The notes under the pieces were generated by a model. That model was not told where the DNA came from. It was given only the letters and a program-made list of their open reading frames with translations, and made no database searches. A DNA stretch of 64,000 nucleotides from Squalus acanthias. Lineage: Eukaryota. The translations under genes were made by a program, and so were the position numbers. The stretch covers positions 146,136,001 to 146,200,000 of the forward strand of contig CM059431.1 of NCBI GenBank assembly GCA_030390025.1, written 5' to 3'. Below, piece by piece: positions 49,986 to 61,265 of this stretch (its first letter is position 1; each line of letters opens with the position of its first letter).

Positions 49986-52384
49986 AATTTTACAATCATA
50001 GAAATTTACAGTACAGAAAGAGGCCATTCGGCCCTACGAGCCCGTGCCGGCTCTCTGCAAGAGCGCTTCAGCTAGTCCCAGTCCCCCGCCCTTTCCCCAT
50101 AGCCCTGATATTTATTCTTCAGGTAATTGTTCAATTCCCTTTTGAAAGCCACGATTGAATCTGCCTCCACCACCCTTTCAGGCAGTGCATTCCAGATCCT
50201 AACCACTCGCTGCGTATAAAAGTTTTTCCTGATGTCGTCTTTGGCTCTTCTGTCAATCACCTTAAATCTGTCCTCTGGTTCTCAACCCTTCCACCAATGG
50301 GAACAGTTTCTCTCTACCTGCTCTGTCCTGACCCCTCATGATTTTGAACACCTCTATCAAATCTTCTCTCAACCTTCCTTGCTCCAAGGAGAACAACCCC
50401 AGCTTCTCCAGTCTATCCATGTAACTGAAGTCCATCACACCTGGAACCATTCTGGTAAATCTTTTCTGCACCCTTTCTAATGCCTTCACATTGTTCCTAA
50501 AGTGTGGTGCCCAGAATTGGACACGATACTCCAGTTGAGGCCGAAACAGTGTTTTATAAAGGTTCATCATAACTTCCTTGCTTTTGTACTCTGTGCCTCT
50601 ATTTATAAAGCCCAATACCCATATGCTTTTTTAACCACCTTCAATGATTTGTGCACATATTCCCCCAGGTCTCTCTGTTCCTGCACACCCTTTACAATGG
50701 TAGCCTTTAGTTTATATTGCCTCTCCTCGTTCTTCCTACAAAAATGTATCACTTTGCACTTTTCTGCATTAAATTTCATCTGCCACGTGTTCTCCCATTC
50801 CACCAGCCTGTTTATGTCCTCTTGAAGTCTATCACTATCCTCTTCACTGTTCACTATACTTGCAAGTTTTGTGTTATCAGCAAATTTTGAAATTGTGCCC
50901 TGTACCGCCATATCCAACTCCTGAATATATATCAAGAAAAGCAGTGGTCCTAGTACCGATCCCTGGGGAACACCACTGTATACCTTCCTCCAGTCCGAAA
51001 AAAACCGTTCAGCACTACTCTCTGTTTCCTGTCACTTAGCCAAATCTTTACCCATGCTGCCACTGTCCCTTTTATTCCATGGGCTTCAACTTTGCTGACG
51101 TGGCACTTTATCAAAAGCCTTATGGATCTCCATGTTCACCACATCGCTTTGCCCTCATCAACCCTCACTGTTACCTCATCAAAATACTCAATCAAATTAG
51201 TTAAACATGATTTGCCTTTGACAAATCCGTGCTGGCGTTCCTTAATGAATCAAACCTTGTCCAAGTGATGTTAATCTTTGTCCCGGATTATCGTTTCTAA
51301 AATCTTCCCCACTACCGAGGTCAAACTGACTGGCCTGTAGTTGCTGGGTTTATCTTTACATCCTTTTTTGAACAAGGGTGTAACATTTGCTGTTATCTAG
51401 TCCTCTGACACCAACCCCGTTTCTAAGGAGGATTGAAAGTTTATGGCCAGTACCTCCGCGATTTGTTCCTGCACTTCCCTCAGCGTCCGAGGACACATCC
51501 CATCCAGTCCTGGTGACTTATCTACTTTAAGTACAGCCAGCCTTTCTAGTACCTCGTCTTTATCAATTCTTTTTCCACCCAGTATCCCTGCTATCTCCTC
51601 TTTCACTACGAATTTGGCAGCATCTTCTTCCTTGATAAAGACAGATGCAAAGCACTTATTTAGTACCTCAGCCATACCCTCTGCCTTCATGCATAGGTCT
51701 CCTTTTTTGTACCTGATTTCCCCCCCTCCTTACTACCCGTTTACTATTTATATGCCTATAGAAGACTTTTGAATCACCCTTTATGTTGGCTGCCATTCTA
51801 ATCTCTTTGCCCCTCTTATTTTCCTTTTCACTTCTCTGAACTTTCTATATTTAGCCTGATTCCCAGATGCATTCTCGACCTGACATCTGTCATACATGCT
51901 CTTTTTCTGTTTCAGCTTACTCTCTATCACTTGTCATCCAGGGAACTCTGACTTTAGTTGCCCTACCATTCCCCCTAGTGGGAATGTACTTCGATGTACC
52001 CAAACTATGTCCTCTTTAAAGGCAGCCCATTGTTCCATTACAGATTTGCCTGCTGATCTTTGATTCCAATTCATCCGAGCCAGATCCGTTCTCATCCCAC
52101 TGAAATTGGCCTTCCTCCAATTAATTATATTCACTCTAGATTACTCCATGTCCTTTTCCATAGCTAATGTAAACCTTATGGTACTATGATCACTGTTCCC
52201 TAAATGTTCCCCTACTGACACTTGCTCCACTTGACCGACTTCATTCCCCAGAACCAGATCCAGCAATGCCTCCTCCCTCGTTGGGCTGGAAACATACTGA
52301 TCAAGAAAGTTCTCCTGAACACACTTCAGAAATTCTTCCCCCTCTCTGCCCTTTACACTATTACTAACCCAGTCTATATTAGGA

Positions 52385-52591
52385 CAAATGTGCGAAGTCG
52401 CACAACACCAGGTTATAGTCCAACAGCTTTATTTGAAATCACAAGCTTTCGGAGCGCTGCTCCTTCACCTGACGAAGGAGCAGCGCTCCGAAAGCTTGTG
52501 ATTTCAAATAAAGCTGTTGGACTATAACCTGGTGTTGTGCGACTTCGCACATTTGTCCACCCCAGTCCAACACCGGCATCTCCACATCATA
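52385..52591. mobile_element. Penelope-type hairpin insertion with 10-bp TSD in a CR1 APE domain
   Basis: Perfect 85-bp arms 52382-52466 and 52474-52558 with a 7-nt loop; TSD TATATTAGGA at 52375-52384 and 52592-52601. Confidence 0.85.
52466..52500 (+). ncRNA. Minimal hammerhead ribozyme motif
   Basis: CAC-CUGACGA-A-GGAG-CAGCG-CUCC-GAAA-GC-UU-GUG, with palindrome AAGCUU. Confidence 0.65.
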
Positions 52592-54276
52592 TATATTAGG
52601 ATAGTTGAAGTCCCCCATTATCACTACTCTATAGTTCTTGCATCTCTCTGTAATTTCTCTGCAATTTTGCTCCTCCATATCTTTCCCACTAGGTAGTGGC
52701 TTATAGAATACACCTGGTAGTGTAATGGCACCTCTATTGTTTCTTAACTCTAGCCATATAGATTCTGCCATGACCCCTCCAGGACATCCTCTCTCTCCAG
52801 CAGTGTAACATTCTCCTTAACCAATACTGCCACACCATCTCCTATCTTTCCTTCCCTATCGTTCCTGAATACCTTATGTCCAGGAATATTTAATATCCAA
52901 TCCTGCCCTTTTTTGAGCCAGGTCTCCGTCATTGCCATGACATCATATTTCCCATGTAGCTACTTTCGCCTGCAGCTCACCAACCTTGTTTACAATGCTT
53001 TGTGCATTCACATACATACACTGTAAACCTATTTTAGACCATCCTGTGTTCTCTCTTAGTCTGACCCCACCTAATACCTTACTATTTCTTACTTTAGTGC
53101 TATCCATCTCTCCCAATCTTTTGTGCTCTTTGTTTCTCCTTTCCAATGCTACATCCTGGTGCCCATCCCCATGCCAGCTTAGGTTTAACCTTCCCCAACA
53201 GCATTAGGAAACCTCCCCGTGAGGATATTGGTACCGCCTCTGTTGAGGTGCAATCCTTCCGGCCTGTACAGGTCCCACCTTCCCCAGAACCGGCCCCAAA
53301 GCCCCAGGAATCTGAAGCTCTCGCTCCTGCACCATCTCTCCAGCCACACATTCATCTGCTCTGTCCTCCTATTTCTATATTCACTCACGCGTGGCACCGC
53401 GAGTAATCCAGAGATTACTACCTTGGAGGACCTGCTTTTTAATCTCTTTCCTAGCTCCCTGTAATCTATCTGCAGGACCTCATCTCTCTTTCTACCTATG
53501 TCGTTGGTACCAATATGGAACACGACCTCTGTCTGTTCACCCACCCCACTCTCATGTTCTGCAGCCGCTCCATGACATCCTTAAACCTGGCACCAGGGAG
53601 GTGACATACCATACTGGTGTCACGTCTGCGGCCGCAGAAACGCCTGTCTGCACCCCTAACTATAGAATCCCCTACCACTATTGCTTTCCCTATCTTCCTC
53701 CTCCCCCCTCTACAGCTGAGCCACCCGTGGTGCCGTGGACTTGACTCTGGCTGTACTCCCCAGAGGAAGCATCGCTCTCACCTGTACTCAGAACAGAATA
53801 CTGGTTGCAGAGCGGACTCCTGCAGTACCTGCCTGCTCCTCCTCCTCTTTCAGTCTGCCGGTCACCCATTCCCTCTCTGCCTGCACACTCTTAAGCTGCG
53901 GGGTGACCACCTCTTGAAACGTGCAATCCATGTAGCTCTCAGCCTCGCGGATACACTGCAGTGACGCCAGCTGTTGCTCAAGCTCCGGCGCTCGAGCTCC
54001 TCCAGCTGATGTCACCTCCTGCACACGTGGTTGTACAGAACATGGGAAGCATCCTGGTGTTCCCACATGGCACAGGATGTGCATTCCACTGGACCGAGCT
54101 GCCTTGCCATGCCTTTATTTATTCGACTATTAACTAACTTTACAGAAATTTAAGACTAAGATGTATCTAATTCAAGTTATTAATATAATATATTATTAAG
54201 AGTTACTAATTTAATATAGTATTAAAAGTTACTAATTTAATATAGTATTAACAGTTACTAATCTCCAAGCTCCTGC

Positions 54277-54980
54277 TTGTGCACCAGTTGCTGAAGGTAA
54301 GCATGCAGGTGCAGCAGGCGGTTCAGAAGGCAAATGGTATGTTGGCCTTCATAGCGAGAGGATTCGAGTACAGGAGCAAGGATGTCTTGCTGCAGTTGTA
54401 CAGGGCCTTGGTGAGACCACACCTTGAGTATTGTGTGCAGTTTTGGTCACCTTATCGGAGGAAGGATGTTCTTGCCATGAAGGGAGTGCAGCGAAGATTC
54501 ACCAGACTGATACCTGGGATGGCAGGAAGGACGTATGAAGAGAGATTGGGTCGATTAGGCTTATATTCGCTAGAGTTTAGAAGAATGAGAGGGGATCTCA
54601 TTGAAACTTGTAAAATTCTAACAGGACTAGACAGAGTAGATGCAGGAAGGATGTTTCCGATGGTGGGGGAGTCCAGAACCAGGGGTCACACTCTAAGGAT
54701 AAGGGATAAGCCATTTAGGACTGAGATGAGGTGGAATTTCTTCACCCAGAGAGTGGTGAACCTGTGGAATTCTCTACCACAGAAGGCAGTTGAGGCCAAT
54801 TCATTATATAAATTCAAGAAGGAGTTGGATATATTTCTTAAGGCTAAAGGGATCAAGGGATATGGAGAGAAAGCAGGGACAGGGTACTGAATTTGGATGA
54901 TCAGCCATGATCGCATTGAATGGCGGAGCAGGCTCGAGGGGCCGAATGGCCTACTCCTGCTCCTATCTTCTATGTTTCTA
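54277..54980 (+). mobile_element. CR1 3' end
   Basis: ORF 54279-54890 is nearly identical to 38191-38790; tail CTATCTTCTATGTTTCTAT. Confidence 0.92.
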
Positions 54981-55498
54981 TCCCTAACTAGCTGTTTAAC
55001 CCCGCCCGGAACTTGATGAGAAATAAAAGTGTGACCTTCACCAACCAATCAGTTACCAGCTATCATGTGACGTCACTCCTTGAGCTTTCTTTGAATCGCC
55101 GCTCAGCTCCCTTTCTGCTGCTGCCGCTGGCTCCGCTCCCGCTCAGGTCCGCGCTCTCAATGTGTCCGTGGAGAGCATAGTTGTGATTGCGGGTGGGTGG
55201 GGTTCCGACCAGGAGAATTCCGGACTGTGAGTCGGTCTGCAAGTTGAATTTAATTGGAAATGAAATGAGACAACCGGCTGGAGAGAGTCTCACTCCCCTT
55301 TGAATTCTGTGTTAGGTTCAGTCCTGACAGCGGAGTGAGGCCATAATTAACTGTTAACTAGAAAGCCCGGACCAACCCAGAGTATATCACATGAACACTG
55401 CAATTAAAGCTGAATAAACACACAAAGGGGCAACATGAATGTTTTTATTATCTGTTAATTCTTGAAACTCAAAAAACAAAGTGTTCTCTTTCTTCTAT

Positions 55499-57214
55499 CC
55501 AAACTATATTTTGCGGTGTGTCGTTGAACATTGAAACCAGAAAGTTGCGACGAACTATTCCACCTGCCCAAGTTTGCAGGTTTTGCCCGGAACAGTTCAA
55601 ACTGTGGCCCAGTGGAGCAATGGGTCATAATTTTACACATCTTCCACAAAATGTAATTCTTTTATCTGTGCAGTTAACTGTTCTGAGCCATTTAATGGAT
55701 TCTCATTAGTGCAGATCAGAAATTAATACCGGGACAATCAGAATGCTTCGTAACAAACAAGGCAGCGAAAGGCTGGAAGGGAGACGGCACCGGTGGCAGG
55801 AGAGCTGGTTGGCGGTGACATGGGTGGTCTGCAGTGTGCGGGATCAGGCAGTTTCTGTGTATCCACAACCAATGTCCCATTCTTTAATTTGGAAATGTAA
55901 AACTGATAGTGGGCAATTGGTACTCGGGCCGCAGCAATCTGAAACTTGAACTCGCTGACACCCTGGATTAGGGGATTTTGCAGCACTTGATCTGGCAGAC
56001 TTCGTGGCGTAATTGGTTTGCGCGTTCGGCTGATCATCGAAAGATTTTTAGTGCAAACCCACCCAGGAACGAAGGTTGTAACTATGTCTTCCCCTGTATG
56101 ATTCTTCGCCGCACAGTTCCAGGTTGTCAATGTGCAATTTGGCTGCTGGAAAATATTCCGCACACATTGCCAGCTGTGCTGTGATCCAGTCAGTTCCCAC
56201 CCAAACACTTTTATGAGCGTTCATTTCAAATAAAATGATAAAAACATGTCGATGGATCATGTTCCTCTGTCCAACCCATTAGAAATATATTTATGTTATT
56301 GGGTTCAAAGAAACTGATGGAAATTGATTCTGTATCTCCATATATGGAACTGAGACTCGCCATCGCACCGTGTGAAGATACAGTTAACGTGTGACTATTG
56401 TACAGCTGGTATTAGGAAAACTATTCAGAACTCGCTGGACCTTTTTAATGATATTTTACCCGCATCTAATAACTTTTCGTTTGTAGTTGTAAAACACTGG
56501 GTTCCGAGAGCATGCTTGATGCTCGGGAGTTGCCTGCTTGGCTTTTATTGCAAGGGGGATGGAGTATAAAAGCAGGGAAGTCTTGCTTCAGCTATACAGG
56601 GTACTGGTGAGGCCACACCTGGAATACTGCGTACAGTTTTGGTTTCCATATTTAAGAAAAGTTATACTTGCTCTTGAGGCAGTTCAGAGAAGGTTCACTC
56701 GGTTGATTCCGGAGATGAGGGGGTTGACTTATGAGGAAAGGTTGAGTAGGTTGGGCCTCTACTCATTGGAATACAGAAGAATGAGAGGCGATCTTATCGA
56801 AACCTATAAGATGGTGAGAGGGCTTGATCGGGTGGAGGCGGGGAGGATGTTTCCACTGATGGGGTGAGACTAGAACTAGGGGGCATAATCTTAGAATAAG
56901 GGGCTGCCATTTCAAAACTGAGATGAGGAGAAACTTCTTCACTCAGAGGGTAGTAAATCTATGGAATTTGCTACCTCAGAGAGCTGTGGAAGCTGAGACA
57001 TTAAACACATTTAAAATGGAGATAGACAGTTTCCGAGCTGATAAGGGAATGAAGGGTTATGGGGAGCGGGCAGGGAAGTGGGCGTGAGTCTAGGTTCGGA
57101 TCAGCCATGATCCTATTGAATGGCGGAGCAGGCCCGAGGGGCCATATGGCCTACTCATTCTCCTACTACTTATGTTCTTATGCACCTTTACCGGTCCGTC
57201 ACCTGCTTTCAGCC
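55499..57214. repeat. Left arm of a ~1-kb inverted duplication (interrupted by CR1 56538-57180)
   Basis: 55499-56514 is the reverse complement of 61352-62378; 57181-57214 matches 61266-61298. Confidence 0.93.
56538..57180 (+). mobile_element. CR1 3' end
   Basis: ORF 56538-56867 AFIARGMEYKSREVLLQLYRVLVRPHLEYC; tail CTTATGTTCTTATG. Confidence 0.9.
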
Positions 57215-57813
57215 ATGATCGCATTGAATGGCGGAGCAGGCTTGAGGGTCCGAATGGCCTACTCCTGCTCCTATCTTCTATGTTTCTATGTTTGTACCGG
57301 GGGCAGGGCTTTAATTTAGGAGGTGGAAGCCTTACACACTGATCACCGTCCGTGCTTCATGTTTGGGTGTCACGCTGCAGGATATATCAATAAATGGGGA
57401 AGTCGATGTGCTGGGAAATGTAAGTGTATCTGTCCTTCTCTCTCTCTGTCTGTCTCCAGGTCTTTGTCAATTGTGTTAGCTCCGTTTCCTCGGTCCCCTT
57501 CATCTACCCTTGTTTATGTGGGAGATTAGATTACAGACCGGGAACTGAGAGGCAAGGGGTCTCGGAGTGAGAGTCGCCGTCTCTCTCAGCCTCTCACATC
57601 CACAAACCTGAGACTCTGAGAGACAAAGACATGAATTTGTTCGTGTTTTTTTTCTGCCTCCGTCTGATTTCAAACCAGTGAATCAAAGAACGACAAGTCT
57701 TCTGTAATAGCTCAATTTGTCACGTGTGCAAGTTTATACAGAGAGTTGTCACAGGAGCTGAGACAGTGACAAATGAAATAACATTCGGAAAACATCGTCT
57801 CGAAATTCGAAAT

Positions 57814-57885
57814 TAATACGGTCGGGGATCGAACCCACAATCTGCTGTTCACAAAAACGACGCTTTACCGCTGGGCCACCGCGCC
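57814..57885 (-). tRNA. Degenerate tRNA-Thr (CGT-type) gene, probable pseudogene
   Basis: Minus strand GGCGCGGTGGCCCAGCGGTAAAGCGTCGTTTTTGTGAACAGCAGATTGTGGGTTCGATCCCCGACCGTATTA is colinear with vertebrate tRNA-Thr(CGT) as I recall it; stems are damaged. Confidence 0.7.
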
Positions 57886-57914
57886 ACCTCTAGGAATAAA
57901 GAGGACATAACACG

Positions 57915-59165
57915 GCAGATGTCACAGTCCAGATGTCACTCTCCAGATGTCACACTCCAGATCTCACTCTCCAGATCTCACTCTCCTTATCTCACTCTCC
58001 AGATCTCACACTCCAGATCTCACACTCCAGATCTCACTCTCCAGATCTCACTCTCCAGATCTCACTCTCCAGATCTCACTCTCCAGATCTCACACTCCAG
58101 ATCTCACACTCCAGATGTCACTCTCCAGATGTCACTCTCCAGATCTCACTCTCCTGATGTCACTCTCCAGATCTCACTCTCCAGATGTCACTCTCCAGAT
58201 CTCACACTCCAGATGTCACTCTCCAGATCTCACACTCCAGATGTCACTCTGCAGATCTCACACTCCAGATGTCACTCTCCAGATCTCACACTCCAGATGT
58301 CACTCTCCAGATCTCACACTCCAGATGTCATACTCCAGATGTCACTCTCCAGATCTCACACTCCAGATGTCACTCTTCAGATCTCACACTCCAGATGTCA
58401 CTCTCCAGAACTCACACTCCAGATGTCACACTCCAGATCTCACACTCCAGATGTCACACTCCAGATCTCTCCAGATCTCACTCTCCAGATCTCACACTCC
58501 AGATGTCATACTCAAGATGTCACTCTCCTGATATCACTTTCCAGATCTCACTCTCCAGGTCTCACACTCCAGATGTCACTCTCCAGATCTCACACTCCAG
58601 ATGCCACTCTCCAGATCTCACACTCCAGATGTCACACTCCAGATCTCACTCTCCAGATCTCACTCTCCAGGTCTCACACTCCAGATGTCACTCTCCAGAT
58701 GTCACTCTCCAGATCTCACACTCCAGATGTCACTCTCCAGATCTCACACTCCAGATTTCACACTCCAGATCTCACTCTCCAGATCTCACTCTCCAGATCT
58801 CACACTCCAGATGTCACTCTCCAGATCTCACACTCCAGATGTCACTCTCCAGATCTCACACTCCAGATGTCACACTCCAGATGTCACACTCCAGATCTCA
58901 CACTCCAGATGTCACTCTCCAGATCTCACACTCCAGATGTCACACTCCAGATCTCACTCTCCAGATCTCACACTCCAGATGCCACTCTCCAGATCTCACA
59001 CTCCAGATGCCACTCTCCAGATCTCACACTCCAGATCTCACACTCCAGATGTCACTCTCCAGATCTCACACTCCAGATGTCACTCTCCAGATCTCACACT
59101 CCAGATGTCACTCTCCAGATCTCACACTTTAGATGTCACTCTCCAGATCTCACTCTCCAGATGAC
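57915..59165. repeat. 14-bp minisatellite (CTCCAGAT[C/G]TCAC[A/T])
   Basis: About 89 tandem copies with two variable positions. Confidence 0.96.
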
Positions 59166-59381
59166 AAATATTGAATAATGTTAATTTCGGAATTGACCTT
59201 TCCCCACGGGAACCAGGGTTCTGACGGATAGTCCGGCCTCCAGATGACCTGATATTGGCTTCGGTTTAAAGTTTCATTCGATAAAGGGGCACCGCCAACA
59301 GTACGGCGGACAGTGCGGCGCCGGGGCGGGGCCAACAGCCGCCTCTCTGCTATAAGTGACAATGACGGAGCGGTGGAACAG

Positions 59382-59454
59382 GCCCGGCCCGCTCAGTCGG
59401 TGGAGCAGTAGATTCTCAATCTCAGGGTCCTGGATTCCAGCCTCATGTTGCGCT
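59382..59454 (+). tRNA. Degenerate tRNA-Lys (CTT-type) gene, probable pseudogene
   Basis: GCCCGGCCCGCTCAGTCGGTGGAGCAGTAGATTCTCAATCTCAGGGTCCTGGATTCCAGCCTCATGTTGCGCT; B box mutated; T-run downstream. Confidence 0.75.
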
Positions 59455-60119
59455 GAGTTTTATTTTGCTTTCAAGGCCGAATTCCAGCTCTGAATTCCCG
59501 CGGCAGCGTCACCGGGCTGAAAACCGGTCTTTATCCGGCACCTTTTGCTGAATAATATAATTGCTGGTTTAAGAGTGAAAATTGGCCTCCGCTTCACTGT
59601 AAGTGCCAGAGACAACATTGTAGGTGCCGCGTAATCATAGAATTATAGAATCATACCGCACAGAAGGAGGCCATTCAGCCCATCATGCCTATGCCGGCTC
59701 TTTGGCAGAGCTATCCCATTAATCCCACTCCCCTGCTCATTCCCCATAGCCCTATTTTTTTCTCTTCATGTAATGTACAATAAATGGTAAAACTTTAAAA
59801 GGAACAGAAAGAGTTCGGGATTCAGATACACAAACATTTCTGACGGGCCTCAGACTCTCTGAGGTTACAACCTCCCCTGTTTCATTGTCCTTAGCGAGGC
59901 AGGTGTGACGTTCCAGTCAAAACTCTGTCCGAACAAAACTGGCGACAGTCACAGAATTAGATTGGCCCCGTCCTGGGGACCGAGAGCAGCCGGTCCACGT
60001 CGAGGAAGAACCAGAGGCGACATGAGAAACATGCTTTTTTACACAGCGAGTTGTTGGTAATTGAGGGAACGCCCCGCGAATGTGAGGCCGCCTACACATC
60101 ACTAAATCACTATTTTTAA

Positions 60120-60610
60120 GGAAAAGACTGCGGACCAGATTAAGGAGGGTGGAGTAGTTTGGTTTACGGGTGAGGATGTGAGCGGGCAGTGTGGTGCGGG
60201 GCTGGCTGCACTCGCATTATCGGAGGGTCAGGTCCTGCGCACTATGCACTACAGCTGTGGAACTCGATCTGCAGAATGCGCGGGGCTGGCAGCGGTGTTG
60301 ACGGTGCTTGAAGAAGGCATTCGGGAGAAGGAGTTGGTCATTGCGCTCGATTCAGATGATGAGATTTAATGATTCAGAAGGCCCACAGGAACAAAGGTTG
60401 ATTATACAGGGCACTTGTCTACTACCGCACGGGGTGAGGAGTATCTTTCGGTTGTTGTCGATGTATTCTTACGGTGGGCAGAGGCTTTTCCTGCCCGCAA
60501 TCAGACGCCTGAAACTACCGCGACCATACTTGTTTATGACGTCTTCACTCGGCGTGAGATCCCTCCAATATTGATTGTGACAATAGATCCTCATTTGTGG
60601 GGACTGTGGG
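60120..60610 (+). mobile_element. Degenerate LTR-retroelement pol remnant (RNase H then integrase core)
   Basis: VWFTG..GAG..SAECAGLAAV..L..IALDS (RNase H-like); RGEEYLSVVVDVFLRWAEAFPARNQTPETTATILVYDVFTRREIP..IDCDN (integrase-like). The RH-IN order is that of Ty3/gypsy elements or retroviruses. Confidence 0.75.
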
Positions 60611-61071
60611 AAAAGGTATCTTGGGCATACTGGAGATTGATCAGATTTACACATTTTTCTTTGCTTTTTCATATTAACTAGAACCTTATTCTAAAGTCTG
60701 TCTCACTAGTACCCCAGTGCCATGGAGAGAAGCGCCTGATGCCCTCGTTTATTTAATGTAACAGACACAAACACAGGTTTCCGTTCAATATCAACCTGCA
60801 GTGGCCGCACACAGATAAACACAGCCAGCGATACAGAGAGTATCGGGAAATACCGGGAAATAGACAAGAGGTATCGACAAGGACAAAGCGCTTTGCTGCC
60901 AGAACATTGCCTGAACCCCTGTGGTTAATGAATGGTTTGATGGTTGACTTCCTGATACACCTTGGAATTCAGGAAAACGTTGTTCGTGGTTTGTCAAACA
61001 AGTTGAACCCCTGGGGCGGAGCAAACAGCCGCATCGCTGTAATAAGTGACAAGAACGCAATGTCAAAACTA

Positions 61072-61144
61072 GCCTGACGAGCTCAGTTAGCAGAGCGTTA
61101 GATTCTTATTCTCAGGGTCGCGGGTTCGAGCCACACGTCAGGCG
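61072..61144 (+). tRNA. Divergent tRNA-Lys(CTT)-like gene/pseudogene
   Basis: GCCTGACGAGCTCAGTTAGCAGAGCGTTAGATTCTTATTCTCAGGGTCGCGGGTTCGAGCCACACGTCAGGCG; CTT anticodon, intact GGTTCGAGCC B box and perfect acceptor stem, but mismatched T and anticodon stems. Confidence 0.75.
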
Positions 61145-61169
61145 AATAATTTTATTTCGTTTTCGTTGA

Positions 61170-61254
61170 GTAATGATGGCGGAGCGGTCTAAGTCGTCTG
61201 CATTTAAATCGCAGTTCTTCGCTGGTGATGTAGGTTTGAGTCCCACTTTAGATA
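61170..61254 (+). tRNA. Degenerate tRNA-Leu (CAG-type) pseudogene
   Basis: GTAATGATGGCGGAGCGGTCTAAG..CTGC..TCGCAGT..CTGG..GTAGGTTTGAGTCCCACT, colinear with vertebrate tRNA-Leu(CAG) including the long variable arm. Confidence 0.65.
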
Positions 61255-61265
61255 AAACCGAATAG

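Larger units (their letters stand above)
49995..55200 (-). mobile_element. Near-full-length degenerate CR1 LINE, interrupted at 52385-52591 and 54277-54980
   Basis: ORF1 pieces (VGDSIVRGADRRFCG, HIGTNDIG, GLHLN), APE (YVNAQSIVNK, TETWL, MGDFN), RT (KFADN, YKTLFRPQLEY). The 5' end position is uncertain. Confidence 0.88.

Noticed and set aside
57323..57430. Possible exon ending at AAT/GTAAGT (57420)
   Set aside because: No convincing acceptor or recognisable peptide.
57919..59178. 419-aa SR-like repeat ORF
   Set aside because: Product of the 14-bp array, open in all three plus frames.
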